A stretch of 64,000 nt of DNA from Cyanobacteria bacterium J06626_4 (GCA_038523235.1 JBCBJQ010000006.1:11387-75386); one strand, 5' to 3'; positions 11,718 to 21,008 are shown, counted from the first letter of the stretch. The notes: a model not told the origin generated them from the letters alone. A program made the numbers and translations.

Positions 11718-12031
11718 TGCTGAAACATCGTTGCACCTGGAATAAGTGGAATACACCGAGAATCCTTTATCTAAAACTCCTGCCCAATCTTTAACGATGG
11801 TGTGATTTGTCGATGCCCCTAGCCCGATGGCGGTTGGCCTATTATGCCCATCGACTACGCCCAGTGGCGATCACTCACCGACGGCGGTCGCTCAGCGATC
11901 GCCGCAACAGGGGCCAACCGGTGACCCCACGGTCATCTCTACGAGTTCATTGCGGCCTTTTCCGGGAATGGCGCTGAACCGGGAACGTCGCCGCATAGCA
12001 GCGGCAGGAGCCAGAGCCGCCGCATGGTGGC

Positions 12032-12712
12032 CTATGGGCGATCGCGCAAAACCATTTCCGCCAGGCTGAGATCTTCGGGCGTGGTGATTTTGAGGTTGGT
12101 TTCTTCGCCCGGCACGATTTTGACCGGCAGGCCGCATTTTTCAAACAGGGCGGCGTCATCGGTCACCGTCCATCCAGCGGCTTTGCCCTGGGCGTGAGCA
12201 GCTTTGAGCTTGGCGACGTGGAAGCCCTGCGGGGTTTGCGCCGCCCATAAACAACTGCGATCGGGGGTCTGTTGAATGAGGCCATCATCCCCCACGACCT
12301 TGATGGTGTCTTTGACGGGCACCGCGGCAATCAGACCAGGGCAGGTTTGCAGCGCTTGAGAGCAGCGGTCAAACAGATCAGGCGTGGCTAAACACCGCGC
12401 GCCATCGTGAATCAAGACTTGCTCAGCCGCTTCTGGCAGTGCCTGCAACCCGTTATACACCGACGCTTGGCGGGTGCTACCACCGAGAATCAGTGTGACC
12501 GGTGTCTCCAGCGGGGTGACCTGCAAGATCTGGAGAATGTCGAAGCGATCGTCGGGTTGGCAAATGATGCCAATCCAAGCGATGGTTGAGCTGGCGTTGG
12601 CCGCCTGCAGCGTCCAGGCCAGCAGGGGTTGGCCATGCAGGGTCAGCAACAATTTGTTGCGATCGCTGCCCATGCGTCGCCCTACCCCAGCGGCAGGAAT
12701 CAGCAAATGCAT
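12032..12712 (-). CDS. ispD: 2-C-methyl-D-erythritol 4-phosphate cytidylyltransferase
   Basis: 226-aa ORF. N-terminal [17 protein letters not shown] motif and VLIHDGARC motif typical of IspD. Confidence 0.95.
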   Translation of the reverse strand: MHLLIPAAGVGRRMGSDRNKLLLTLHGQPLLAWTLQAANASSTIAWIGIICQPDDRFDILQILQVTPLETPVTLILGGSTRQASVYNGLQALPEAAEQVLIHDGARCLATPDLFDRCSQALQTCPGLIAAVPVKDTIKVVGDDGLIQQTPDRSCLWAAQTPQGFHVAKLKAAHAQGKAAGWTVTDDAALFEKCGLPVKIVPGEETNLKITTPEDLSLAEMVLRDRP

Positions 12713-12880
12713 GGTGGGCCTCCTCTCGGCAATTTTCCTTTTTCACCCTACCGCGAATTTTTGCCGTCCCAGTAGCGCCATCGATTCAACGGTGAATTAT
12801 TAAGAGTTTTGTTGGCAACAACGCATTCTTACGGCCCGCGTTCCTCTAGAATGTGGAACGGACAAGCAGGACAGATAGCT

Positions 12881-13846
12881 ATGCAAGTACTGGCTCTCGT
12901 TCCGGGTGGAGTTAGCGATCAGCTTCTTTTTTTCCCGACGCTTGAGACGCTCAAGCAATCATTTCCGCAGGCCGAAATTTCGGTCGTCGTAGAGCCTACG
13001 GCAACGGCAGCTTATCGAGTATCAAAGATCGTTGAAGCGACGATTCCGTATCCGTTTAGCAATAACAACAGTCCCGCTGACTGGGCTAACCTCTTGGGCA
13101 TCGTGCGTGATCGCGAATACGAAGTCGTGATCACCGCGACTCAAGACTGGGCCACTGCGCTGATGCTCTGGCTTAGCGGCATTCCCACCCGCATTGGCTA
13201 TCAGAGCAGCGCCAACAATCGCTTTCTGACGGCAACCGTGCCCTGCAAGCCAGAACAGTACAAAGCTTTTCAATATCACGATCTGCTCGCCCCACTGGGA
13301 GACTCAGGGGCCTGTACGGATATCGCGATCAATGTGCCCCAAAGCGACATTGGCTGGGTCGACAACCAAATCCAGGCTCAGGGCCTGGGCGAGCAGGGCT
13401 ATGTCTTGATGCATCCCGGTGCCGATGAGGGCAATCCGAGCACTGCCTACCCCCCAGAAAGCTGGGTGGCCATCGTGCAAGACTTTCAAAAGCGTCAGCC
13501 GGGCTTGCCCCTCGTGATGCTGCAGCGGCCAGAAACCGCGAATGCCGTCAAAATCATCGCCCAGCAGGTGCCGAGCGTTAAGGTCGTGCGGCCTGACAAC
13601 TTGGGGCAAACGGCGGCGCTGATCGCCGGGGCCAATCTCTTGCTCACAACGGATAGCGACGTCTCAGAGTTGGGGGTGGCCCTCAACGTGTTTACGCTGG
13701 TGCTCTTTGGGGCTAATCAGCCAGTCTATCGTCTGCCGCCGGTCGAGGGCTCCGAGCAACGGTTCCTTAGCGTCACCGCCTCCAGCCAAATGCTGGCCGA
13801 TATTCCCGTTGAGACTGTCCTCAAAAAAGTGTGGGGTGAAGCCTGA
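12881..13846 (+). CDS. glycosyltransferase family 9 (heptosyltransferase-like)
   Basis: ORF trimmed to ATG 12881 (MQVLALVPGGVSDQLLFFPTLETLK). GT9-like two-domain layout with the LLLTTDS motif. Confidence 0.8.
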   Translation: MQVLALVPGGVSDQLLFFPTLETLKQSFPQAEISVVVEPTATAAYRVSKIVEATIPYPFSNNNSPADWANLLGIVRDREYEVVITATQDWATALMLWLSGIPTRIGYQSSANNRFLTATVPCKPEQYKAFQYHDLLAPLGDSGACTDIAINVPQSDIGWVDNQIQAQGLGEQGYVLMHPGADEGNPSTAYPPESWVAIVQDFQKRQPGLPLVMLQRPETANAVKIIAQQVPSVKVVRPDNLGQTAALIAGANLLLTTDSDVSELGVALNVFTLVLFGANQPVYRLPPVEGSEQRFLSVTASSQMLADIPVETVLKKVWGEA

Positions 13847-13901
13847 ATAGATCGCGCGATCGCCCCCTCAATATCACCGCCTGATTAAGGAGTCCAAACC
13901 C

Positions 13902-14408
13902 GTGGAGAAAATCAAAGGCCAAGCCAGTCGAGTTAGCGAGTTGGTGTTTGCCGCTGATACCGCAGCGACTTACCAAAGAGCCCTGGTGCTCACGCTAAAC
14001 ATCCTGCGAGAAACTGCAGTGCTGCTGTGGTTAGCCATCTGCTTGGTTTTTGTCGGGGGCGAATGGTTTTGGAAAAATTCCATCAGCCTAGGACGCAAGG
14101 GCCGAGACTGGTACAACGACTTGCAAGCCCCTAGCACCGAAGAGCCGAAATCAGCGACGGCGATCGGCCAGTCCGCCTTGACCGCGATCGGCTCCAGCAC
14201 CGAAACGCTACTCTACAAAGCGAAACAGCAGCTCGGTATCGATGCCGAGCCACCAGCCCCCAAGCCGGTTACACCGACCGTCACCGCCACACCTGAGCCC
14301 GCTGCCCCGGCACCCCCGCCAGCACCTCAAGCAATCGCTGCACCCCCCACGGCAGAGGCCCTGTCAACTGACAGCGAAGGTTTAGAAGATGACGACAGCG
14401 AACTCTAA
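13902..14408 (+). CDS. hypothetical membrane protein with Pro/Ala-rich acidic tail
   Basis: 168-aa ORF with a GTG start. One strong TM segment (AVLLWLAICLVFVGGEWFW). C-terminal PAPKPVTPTVTATPEPAAPAPPPAP followed by DSEGLEDDDSEL. Confidence 0.55.
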   Translation: MEKIKGQASRVSELVFAADTAATYQRALVLTLNILRETAVLLWLAICLVFVGGEWFWKNSISLGRKGRDWYNDLQAPSTEEPKSATAIGQSALTAIGSSTETLLYKAKQQLGIDAEPPAPKPVTPTVTATPEPAAPAPPPAPQAIAAPPTAEALSTDSEGLEDDDSEL

Positions 14409-14490
14409 CTGCAAGCCAAGGCTGAGGACGGCTTGACCAACTAGCAAACGCCATTCATCGGAATCGCTTCAAGCATCGGCATTGGCCGCG

Positions 14491-14535
14491 ATTAACAGCA
14501 CCCCTACCGTGAATCACGGTGGGGGTGCTGTTAAT
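14491..14535 (+). terminator. 45-nt perfect stem-loop (terminator or RNA element) between the 13902 gene and dps
   Basis: ATTAACAGCACCCCTACCGT-GAATC-ACGGTGGGGGTGCTGTTAAT forms a 20-bp stem (one G-U pair) with a 5-nt loop. No U-tract follows. Confidence 0.45.
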
Positions 14536-14897
14536 AATGGACGCTATTCCTAGTATTTGAATAGCGATAGGAGCTTCAGAAACTGAGGTAGCCCCGTCCA
14601 CCTCAAAATAGAGGTTACTGGAGCACAAGATACAGAGATATCGCGGCCCCATCGAAGAGACTACAGCAAGCCGCAGCGCTCAAACAGCAGACGGAGTGCA
14701 TTACAAATAGCAGCACCGCAGCGCGTCACAGGCCGACAATGAAGGACAACATCAAGCCTTGCAGCCGACAATACCGACCCCTTGCAAGTCGTACTCATAA
14801 CGAGTATGATTTAATCAATGAGGAATGTTGAACCGTTGTACTGTATTGATGTTCCCCTGAACGATTTCCACTTACAGCATGCCTAAGGAGGCAACTC

Positions 14898-15422
14898 ATG
14901 GTTGCAACCCCGACTAAATCAACCGTTCGGTTTTACCCCACGCGCAACGACCTGCCTACCGATGTGCGAGAGCAGGTGGTCGCAATTTTGAATAAGAGCC
15001 TAGCAGCCACCTTGGACCTCAAAACGCAAACCAAGCAGGCTCACTGGAACGTCAAAGGCAAAGACTTTTATCAGCTACACGAGCTGTTTGATGAAATGTC
15101 CGGTGAAATGGAGGAATACGTTGATATGGTGGCCGAGCGAGTGACGGCACTCGGCGGTACGGCGCTTGGTACAGCTCGCATGGCTGCAGATGAGTCCATT
15201 CTGCCCGAGTATCCGGTTGATGCCATTGATGGCAATGAGCATGTCATGGCCCTAGCCGATCGCTATGCCGCCTATGCCAAGCATGTTCGTGAAGCCATTG
15301 ATGCCACTGATGCTGCCGGTGATGCTGACACCGCTGATCTTTACACTGAGATCTCTCGCACCATTGATAAGCGTCTGTGGTTCTTAGAGTCACATTTAAT
15401 CAGTCGTGACGATCTCGTCTAA
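14898..15422 (+). CDS. dps: Dps family DNA-protection/ferritin-like protein
   Basis: 174-aa ORF. Ferroxidase-site motifs (KQAHWNVKG.DFYQLHELFDE, VDMVAERV). Strong RBS AAGGAGG at 14885-14891. Confidence 0.93.
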   Translation: MVATPTKSTVRFYPTRNDLPTDVREQVVAILNKSLAATLDLKTQTKQAHWNVKGKDFYQLHELFDEMSGEMEEYVDMVAERVTALGGTALGTARMAADESILPEYPVDAIDGNEHVMALADRYAAYAKHVREAIDATDAAGDADTADLYTEISRTIDKRLWFLESHLISRDDLV

Positions 15423-15474
15423 AAACGACAGGCTTAAAGCTTCTCTGGTTTGAAGTTTCTGTCTTGTTTCAATA

Positions 15475-15530
15475 GGCTGCTGGCTTTGATTCGCTATCGA
15501 ATTGCCGCCAGCAGTTTCTTTATTTTGGGC
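15475..15530 (+). terminator. rho-independent terminator downstream of dps
   Basis: CTGCTGGC (15477-15484) pairs with GCCAGCAG (15507-15514), with an inner ATTCG/CGAAT pairing, followed by TTTCTTTATTTT. Confidence 0.6.
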
Positions 15531-16079
15531 TATTCAAACGGGCAGAGGCAAAGTTCCCAAAATTCAGTCCACAGCCGAAAAGTATTTTCAACACTCTATA
15601 TAATCGCCGCCCGTTTAAGATGTTTGGCGATTTCAGAGGAGCACCTAGTGCTGCCTAGCACCAATCTCCCCAACCGGGGGCGGTTCACCCTTGAATCTTA
15701 AATCGTTGATCTCGAACCCCAGTCATCGCAAACATATGGCGGATATATTGAGATCGCACTCTACCAGCGATAATCCAACACCGTCACCGCAGCTGCATCA
15801 CAGCAATTGCATTGAGTATGAATAACGATTTTCTTAATGAATAATATATTGCCAGCCACTCGATCCCACCTTAAGCATCTCCTTGAAATCAGGGCTTTGA
15901 ACCCAAAGTAGCGATGCAGACAGCCAAGCTTGCATGACATTAACGGTTGTTGCTGGTTTCAAAAGACACAAATCTCTCAACTGAATAAATATTGAGAGAT
16001 CGCTCTTATTGATACCGAGAAACATTGCTTCGAGACCAGGCAACTGGTTCAGAGCGGTTAGATTTCACGAGAGACGAGC

Positions 16080-16274
16080 TTAATAGCTAGAGACCAGACT
16101 GATTAGCCCAGAGTCCATTGATTCCATGAGTAACTCTAAGGCTTCAGCATCAGTGTCAGGGAGATATCCTAAACGTGTCAACTCAGTGTTGATAGCGTTT
16201 TCTAGGTCAGGAGTGAGTCGGTGAATGGCGATCGCCTGACTCACCAGCGATCGGATACTACTAGAGGGCTTCAT
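16080..16274 (-). CDS. small hypothetical protein (64 aa)
   Basis: ATG-initiated ORF in a low-GC islet. It resembles short helical proteins common in cyanobacteria. No function can be inferred. Confidence 0.45.
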   Translation of the reverse strand: MKPSSSIRSLVSQAIAIHRLTPDLENAINTELTRLGYLPDTDAEALELLMESMDSGLISLVSSY

Positions 16275-16383
16275 AGTGCACGATAATCAGGGACAGTACT
16301 AGATTACTGATCGATTATCGGTCATCTTCATCGATGTCTCTGTGATCCCATTAAATCTTCCTTGTGATTTCAGGCGAGAATGG

Positions 16384-16399
16384 CGTGATTTAAATCACA
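16384..16399. promoter_or_regulatory. CRP-family operator candidate (cGTGA-N6-TCACA)
   Basis: Perfect 14-bp palindrome GTGATTTAAATCAC at 16385-16398. It matches the TGTGA-N6-TCACA consensus at 9/10 positions. Two further TGTGA half-sites lie at 16341 and 16363. It sits in the divergent intergenic region between 16274(-) and 16589(+). Confidence 0.35.
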
Positions 16400-16588
16400 A
16401 TTGCTTTTGTAGCTGAAAATACCTTACGTAGAATCACTTAACTGAAACTTTATATAGGCCGGACTCGGTATCAAGATTGTGAAAACTAGGCCGATTTGGA
16501 TGGGCGAAGTCGAGCAACTGCTTTAACTTCGGAACATCGGTTTACACGCCTTTATAAGCAAACGCAAGAGATTTGGAGTGTATCAGCT

Positions 16589-16909
16589 ATGCAAGGTATT
16601 CAATCAGCTTTGACTGTGGTTCAGCCCAGCGGTGCTTGGAACGCAGCCAATGCCTACGACTTACAATCTCAACTTTCTGAATATATTTTTGCTGACACCT
16701 CTACCGGTCTCATGGTAGATATGAGCCGCGTTGAGTCGCTCGATAGCGCGGGCTTGGTTTCCTTGATTTCAGCACTGCGCACTGCTCGCAACCTCAGCAA
16801 GCGCTTTTGCCTCTGCTCCGTGCCGCCTTCCATTCGCATCGTTTTTGAGCTAACCCAGCTTGACCAGGTATTTGAGTTTGCGGATGAGCTATCCGTACAA
16901 GCCGCTTAA
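16589..16909 (+). CDS. STAS-domain anti-sigma-factor antagonist
   Basis: ORF trimmed to ATG 16589, preceded by GGAG. STAS/SpoIIAA-like core (VDMSRVESLDSAGLVSLISAL, conserved Ser in DSAG). Confidence 0.85.
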   Translation: MQGIQSALTVVQPSGAWNAANAYDLQSQLSEYIFADTSTGLMVDMSRVESLDSAGLVSLISALRTARNLSKRFCLCSVPPSIRIVFELTQLDQVFEFADELSVQAA

Positions 16910-17312
16910 GTCGCAGCGAAAACGCCTGCTCGTTGGTCTCGATGCATGACCGCAGCACTCACAGCACTCTAGGAGGCATCGTTTGTGGCTCCATCAATAG
17001 AAAACGATTTGGCTGACGGATAGCAACTCGCTGTCTGTCAGCCAAAATTCTTCTTTAAGCAATTTCTCTAAAAGGATAGCCTGACGCGGGGTGAAGCTCG
17101 GTGCCCGTAGCGCCATGGCATGGTTGGGAAAGGAACCCTCAGCTTGACCGGCTCCAGCCAGCGCTCTCGCGATCGCAAACCACAGTTGGGTCAAGATATC
17201 CCAGATTGCTGAAGCAGTGATTTAACCGGTATCTCAATTCCGATCAGCATGCCAACTCCCGCGATATCTCGCGCAATCATCAGTGATCGACATCGTGAAC
17301 TGACGCCCCAGT

Positions 17313-18659
17313 CTAGTTGTCTTGGCTGGGCGTGATTTGGAGCACGCCATAGGCTTGGGGTGAGAGATATGCCTGCGCAGCCGCTTGAATATCCGCTGGG
17401 GTAAACTGCTGCACCCGGCTGGGATAATTGAGCGCATGGTGGAGCTGGCCCGTCAGCGTTTGATAGTAGCCATACAGACCAGCGCGATCGCTGGGGCTTT
17501 CGCTGCCAAAAACATATCGGTTAGCAACCTGAGTTTGCACTCGCTGCAGTTCGCTGTCCGTGACCGGCTCCTCGCAGATTTGAGTGATCTGTTCAACAAT
17601 GGCGGCTTCCACTGTGGCCAAGTTTTCGGGCGGTAACTGCGCCGAGATACTAAAGACACCCTGCTGCCAGTAAGACATATTGCTAGCAGAGATGCCGGTC
17701 ACGAGCTGCTGATCTTCTCGCAAGTCGCGCACGAGGCGAGACATGCGGCCTCGGCCCAAAATAGATGACAAGACATCGAGAGCGTCGGTTTCTTCGACCT
17801 CAGCCAGCCCCGGCACTCGCCAGTTGAATACGAGGCGCGCCTGCTGCAAAGCCGGATCAACATACGCTTGACGCTGCACGGTGGTGAACGGCGCTTCGGG
17901 GGCCGAGCGATAAACGTTGGCATCACCGTAGCGCTGGGTACGGCTAGGCTGACGGGCCGCTAAGGCCTGGTCAAAGCTATCCGCAACGGTTTGGATCAAG
18001 GTTTCTGTCGGCAAATTGCCGATCGCCACGGCGGTCATGCGCTCCGGCTGATACCAGTAGCGATGAAACGCCTGCATCTGTTCAGCAGTGAGCTGTTCGA
18101 TCACGGCAGTAGGGCCTAACACGGGACGACGGTAAGGCAAGCGCTCAAAGGCCAACGCCATAGAACGGTAGAACGTGCGTCGCCGAGGATTATCTTGGGC
18201 GCGTAAAATTTCTTCGAGAATGACCGGGCGCTCTCGCTCAAATTCCGCCTCTGACAAGAGCGGATTCATCACCAACTCAATTTGTAGCGGGGCGAGGGCG
18301 GCAAAATCTTGGGGCGCAGTCGTAATAAAAAATTGGGTGTAGTCCTGACTGGTCGCGGCGTTAGTCACCCCACCCTGGGCCTCGATGCGGCGTTCAAACT
18401 CGCCCATAGGCAACTGCGAGGTGCCCTTAAAAATCATGTGCTCTAAAAAGTGGGCCATGCCGTTGATGGCACCGGACTCGACGGCCGACCCGACCCGGAG
18501 CCAGAGGCTTAGGTTAACGACGTCGACGGGCATCTGCTGGGCAATGATGGTCAGCCCATTGCTGAGCCGCTTCACCGTGGGGGCCGTTAGGGCAGCCGGA
18601 TAAGCATTAACGGCGATCGCTGGGGTCATGGTCGGCGGTTCCAGAGTCTTGGCCTTCAC
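17313..18659 (-). CDS. M16 family zinc peptidase (insulinase/pitrilysin-like)
   Basis: 448-aa ORF. Inverted zinc motif HFLEHMIFKGT (HxxEH). Start is either GTG 18659 or ATG 18629. Confidence 0.9.
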   Translation of the reverse strand: MKAKTLEPPTMTPAIAVNAYPAALTAPTVKRLSNGLTIIAQQMPVDVVNLSLWLRVGSAVESGAINGMAHFLEHMIFKGTSQLPMGEFERRIEAQGGVTNAATSQDYTQFFITTAPQDFAALAPLQIELVMNPLLSEAEFERERPVILEEILRAQDNPRRRTFYRSMALAFERLPYRRPVLGPTAVIEQLTAEQMQAFHRYWYQPERMTAVAIGNLPTETLIQTVADSFDQALAARQPSRTQRYGDANVYRSAPEAPFTTVQRQAYVDPALQQARLVFNWRVPGLAEVEETDALDVLSSILGRGRMSRLVRDLREDQQLVTGISASNMSYWQQGVFSISAQLPPENLATVEAAIVEQITQICEEPVTDSELQRVQTQVANRYVFGSESPSDRAGLYGYYQTLTGQLHHALNYPSRVQQFTPADIQAAAQAYLSPQAYGVLQITPSQDN

Positions 18660-18983
18660 TTATCTTAACGGGTGGGTGAGATAAACCCTGATGCTGCTCT
18701 AAGTTTTGATAAGGAATTGCCTCCAATTGTGAAAAATCAGGGCGATATTCTAGCCAAAATGTCCAATTAGCCGACGTCAGCTGAGAAAAATCCCGCAGAA
18801 GTAGACTTTTTCGAATTTCAGTGGATTTTTTCAGCTAGTTCCTGCACTACTCGCCAGGCATGTGAATTAAACTGGGGCAGCTAGTGGCGCTTGTCTGTAT
18901 AGCGCTGTGGCCAGCCGATTGATGATGTGGCTGTCGGTTACCCTTACCACTCATTTGGGCCACGCACGTCAGGGAGAATCTCC

Positions 18984-19688
18984 ATGGGTACCTGGATCAA
19001 GGAAACAAGTAAAGCGATATACCTGATGGAAGGGGGGTATTGGATTTCCAAACTGTCCAAATATCCTTCCTCAACGAATCCTAAAGAGATGGTGTTGAAC
19101 ATCGCGGCGATTCGGTCTTGGTTTACCCGCGCTGACTATCCTCGGGCGATGACGGTATCCCTCACCACCCACAGTGAACCGCCGCCCAAACCCGCTCCAC
19201 CGCCCCCCCCACCCAGCTCTGGCACTGATCACATCAGCAGTGACGGCCTGACGCTCGTCAAGCACTTTGAAGGGCGAGAGCTGCAGGCCTATCAAGACTC
19301 CGTTGGCGTGTGGACGATTGGCTATGGCCATACCTCAGCGGCTGGCCCCCCCACCGTGTATGCCGGTCAAACCATTAGCGAAGCCGAAGCGGAGAGCATT
19401 CTCCAAAAAGATCTAGAGCTATTTGAAAACGGCGTCCGCGATTTAGTCACGGTGCCGATCAACGGCGATCAGTTTTCAGCGCTCGTCTCGTTTAGCTTCA
19501 ATTTGGGATTAGGGGCTTTGGGCGGCTCAACTCTGCTGCGCAAGCTCAACTCAGGCGACTACCAAGGCGCTGCTAATGAGTTTCCGCGCTGGGTTAATGC
19601 GGGGGGGCAACCGTTACCAGGTTTGGTGCGGCGGCGCGATGCCGAACAGGCGCTTTTCCTCAGCCAAGATTACACCCGATTTTTGTGA
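18984..19688 (+). CDS. GH24 (T4/lambda-type) lysozyme with unknown ~60-aa N-domain and Pro-rich linker, copy 1
   Basis: ATG 18984 preceded by GGGAGA. Lysozyme core LVKHFEGRELQAYQDSVGVWTIGYGHT carries the Glu/Asp/Thr catalytic signature. No signal peptide seen. Confidence 0.85.
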   Translation: MGTWIKETSKAIYLMEGGYWISKLSKYPSSTNPKEMVLNIAAIRSWFTRADYPRAMTVSLTTHSEPPPKPAPPPPPPSSGTDHISSDGLTLVKHFEGRELQAYQDSVGVWTIGYGHTSAAGPPTVYAGQTISEAEAESILQKDLELFENGVRDLVTVPINGDQFSALVSFSFNLGLGALGGSTLLRKLNSGDYQGAANEFPRWVNAGGQPLPGLVRRRDAEQALFLSQDYTRFL

Positions 19689-19781
19689 GGTTGAGAGAGG
19701 GGTCAACCTCATCGCGATGGCGCGATCGCCCCCCGGCTTGACTAACGACTTGAGCTCACTATTGACCGCAGGCATATCGAC

Positions 19782-20504
19782 ATGGGCACCTGGATTAAAG
19801 AAACAAGCAAAGCTATCTACCTCATGCAGGGTGGGTACTGGATTTCGCGACTGACGAAGTATCCCTCATCGACTAACCCGGAAGAGCAAGTCCTCAATGT
19901 GACCGCGATTCGCTCTTGGTTTACCCGTGAAGACTATCCCCGCGCCATGACCGTGTCTCCCGAAGGGGCCGAACCGAACATGATTCCCGCGCCCCCGAAG
20001 CCGCCAATGCCCACCACGCCCCCGTCCAGCGCCGGCACTGATCACATCAACAGCGATGGGTTAACCATTGTGAAACGCTGCGAAGGGCGAGAGCTGCAGG
20101 CCTATCAAGATTCCGTCGGGGTTTGGACGATTGGCTATGGTCATACGTCTGCAGCGGGGCCACCAACGGTGTACGCCGGTCAGACGATTAGCGAAGCCGA
20201 GGCCGAGAGCATTCTCCAAAAAGATCTAGAGCTGTTTGAAAACGGCGTGCGCGACTTAGTTAAAGTGCCGATTAATAGTGACCAGTTTTCGGCCCTTGTC
20301 TCGTTTAGCTTTAACCTGGGATTGGGCGCGTTGGGGGACTCAACCCTGCTGAGAAAGCTCAATGCGGGTGACTATCAAGGGGCCGCTGATGAGTTTCCGC
20401 GCTGGGTGAAAGCGGGGGGACAAACCTTGCTCGGCTTAGTTAAACGCCGCGATGCGGAGCGAGCCTTGTTTTTGAGTCAGCCCTATGCGCACTTCTTGCC
20501 GTAA
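19782..20504 (+). CDS. GH24 lysozyme with unknown N-domain and Pro-rich linker, copy 2
   Basis: Tandem paralogue of copy 1, roughly 85% aa identity by eye. Same MGTWIKETSKAIYLM N-terminus. Catalytic VKRCEGRELQAYQDSVGVWTIGYGHT retained. Confidence 0.85.
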   Translation: MGTWIKETSKAIYLMQGGYWISRLTKYPSSTNPEEQVLNVTAIRSWFTREDYPRAMTVSPEGAEPNMIPAPPKPPMPTTPPSSAGTDHINSDGLTIVKRCEGRELQAYQDSVGVWTIGYGHTSAAGPPTVYAGQTISEAEAESILQKDLELFENGVRDLVKVPINSDQFSALVSFSFNLGLGALGDSTLLRKLNAGDYQGAADEFPRWVKAGGQTLLGLVKRRDAERALFLSQPYAHFLP

Positions 20505-20609
20505 TCTGAGACCAGTGGGTTAGTAGCTCGCTTACGGCGGGACGGGGTATTGCGGCCGATTGTTCTAAAATTTTTCGACCCTCAGGTTTTTTGATCGAGG
20601 TTGCTTGTC

Positions 20610-21008
20610 ATGTCTGACGCTCAAGATGTCTCTACGCTCCAAACGGCAGAAGCCCTCTGCCAAGCCTATGTTGCGGGTCAGCGGGCGTTTTCGGGATTGA
20701 GTCTAAATCAAGCGGATTTGCGCGAGCGTGATCTCAAGGGGGCCGACCTGAGCTATGCCGAACTCAGCGACGCTGACCTGACCCGCGCTAACCTGCGGGG
20801 AACTGATCTCAGCTATGCCTCTTTGCGATCGGCTAATCTCACAGAGACTGACTTAAGAGGTGCGATGCTCATCGGCACCGATTTGCGCCAGGCGCGGCTG
20901 ACCGGTACCCAACTGCATGATGCCGACTACGATCCGGCGGAAACGCTCTTTCCTAAAGGTTTTGACCCGGCTCAAGCCGGGATGAAGCAAGATCGCCAGC
21001 CGTCCTAA
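20610..21008 (+). CDS. pentapeptide-repeat protein
   Basis: Tandem A(D/N)LxX pentads (ADLRERDLKGADLSYAELSDADLTRANLRGTDLSYASLRSANLTETDLRGAMLIGTDL). ATG at 20610. Confidence 0.85.
   Translation: MSDAQDVSTLQTAEALCQAYVAGQRAFSGLSLNQADLRERDLKGADLSYAELSDADLTRANLRGTDLSYASLRSANLTETDLRGAMLIGTDLRQARLTGTQLHDADYDPAETLFPKGFDPAQAGMKQDRQPS

Noticed and set aside
11827-12159. Three ORFs (11827-12069 +, 11892-12137 -, 11947-12159 -) between the cyclase gene and ispD.
   Set aside because: They overlap each other and the ispD 3' end in a GC-rich spacer. They give Arg/Pro/Ala-rich translations with no start context.
15450-15701. 83-aa TTG-initiated ORF right after dps.
   Set aside because: It runs through the dps terminator hairpin and T-tract. 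It has a non-ATG start, no RBS and an odd composition. It is most likely non-coding.
16994-17194. 66-aa ORF on the minus strand downstream of the STAS gene.
   Set aside because: It has a TTG start, no RBS and no recognisable family. It could be a gene remnant, but I cannot support a call.
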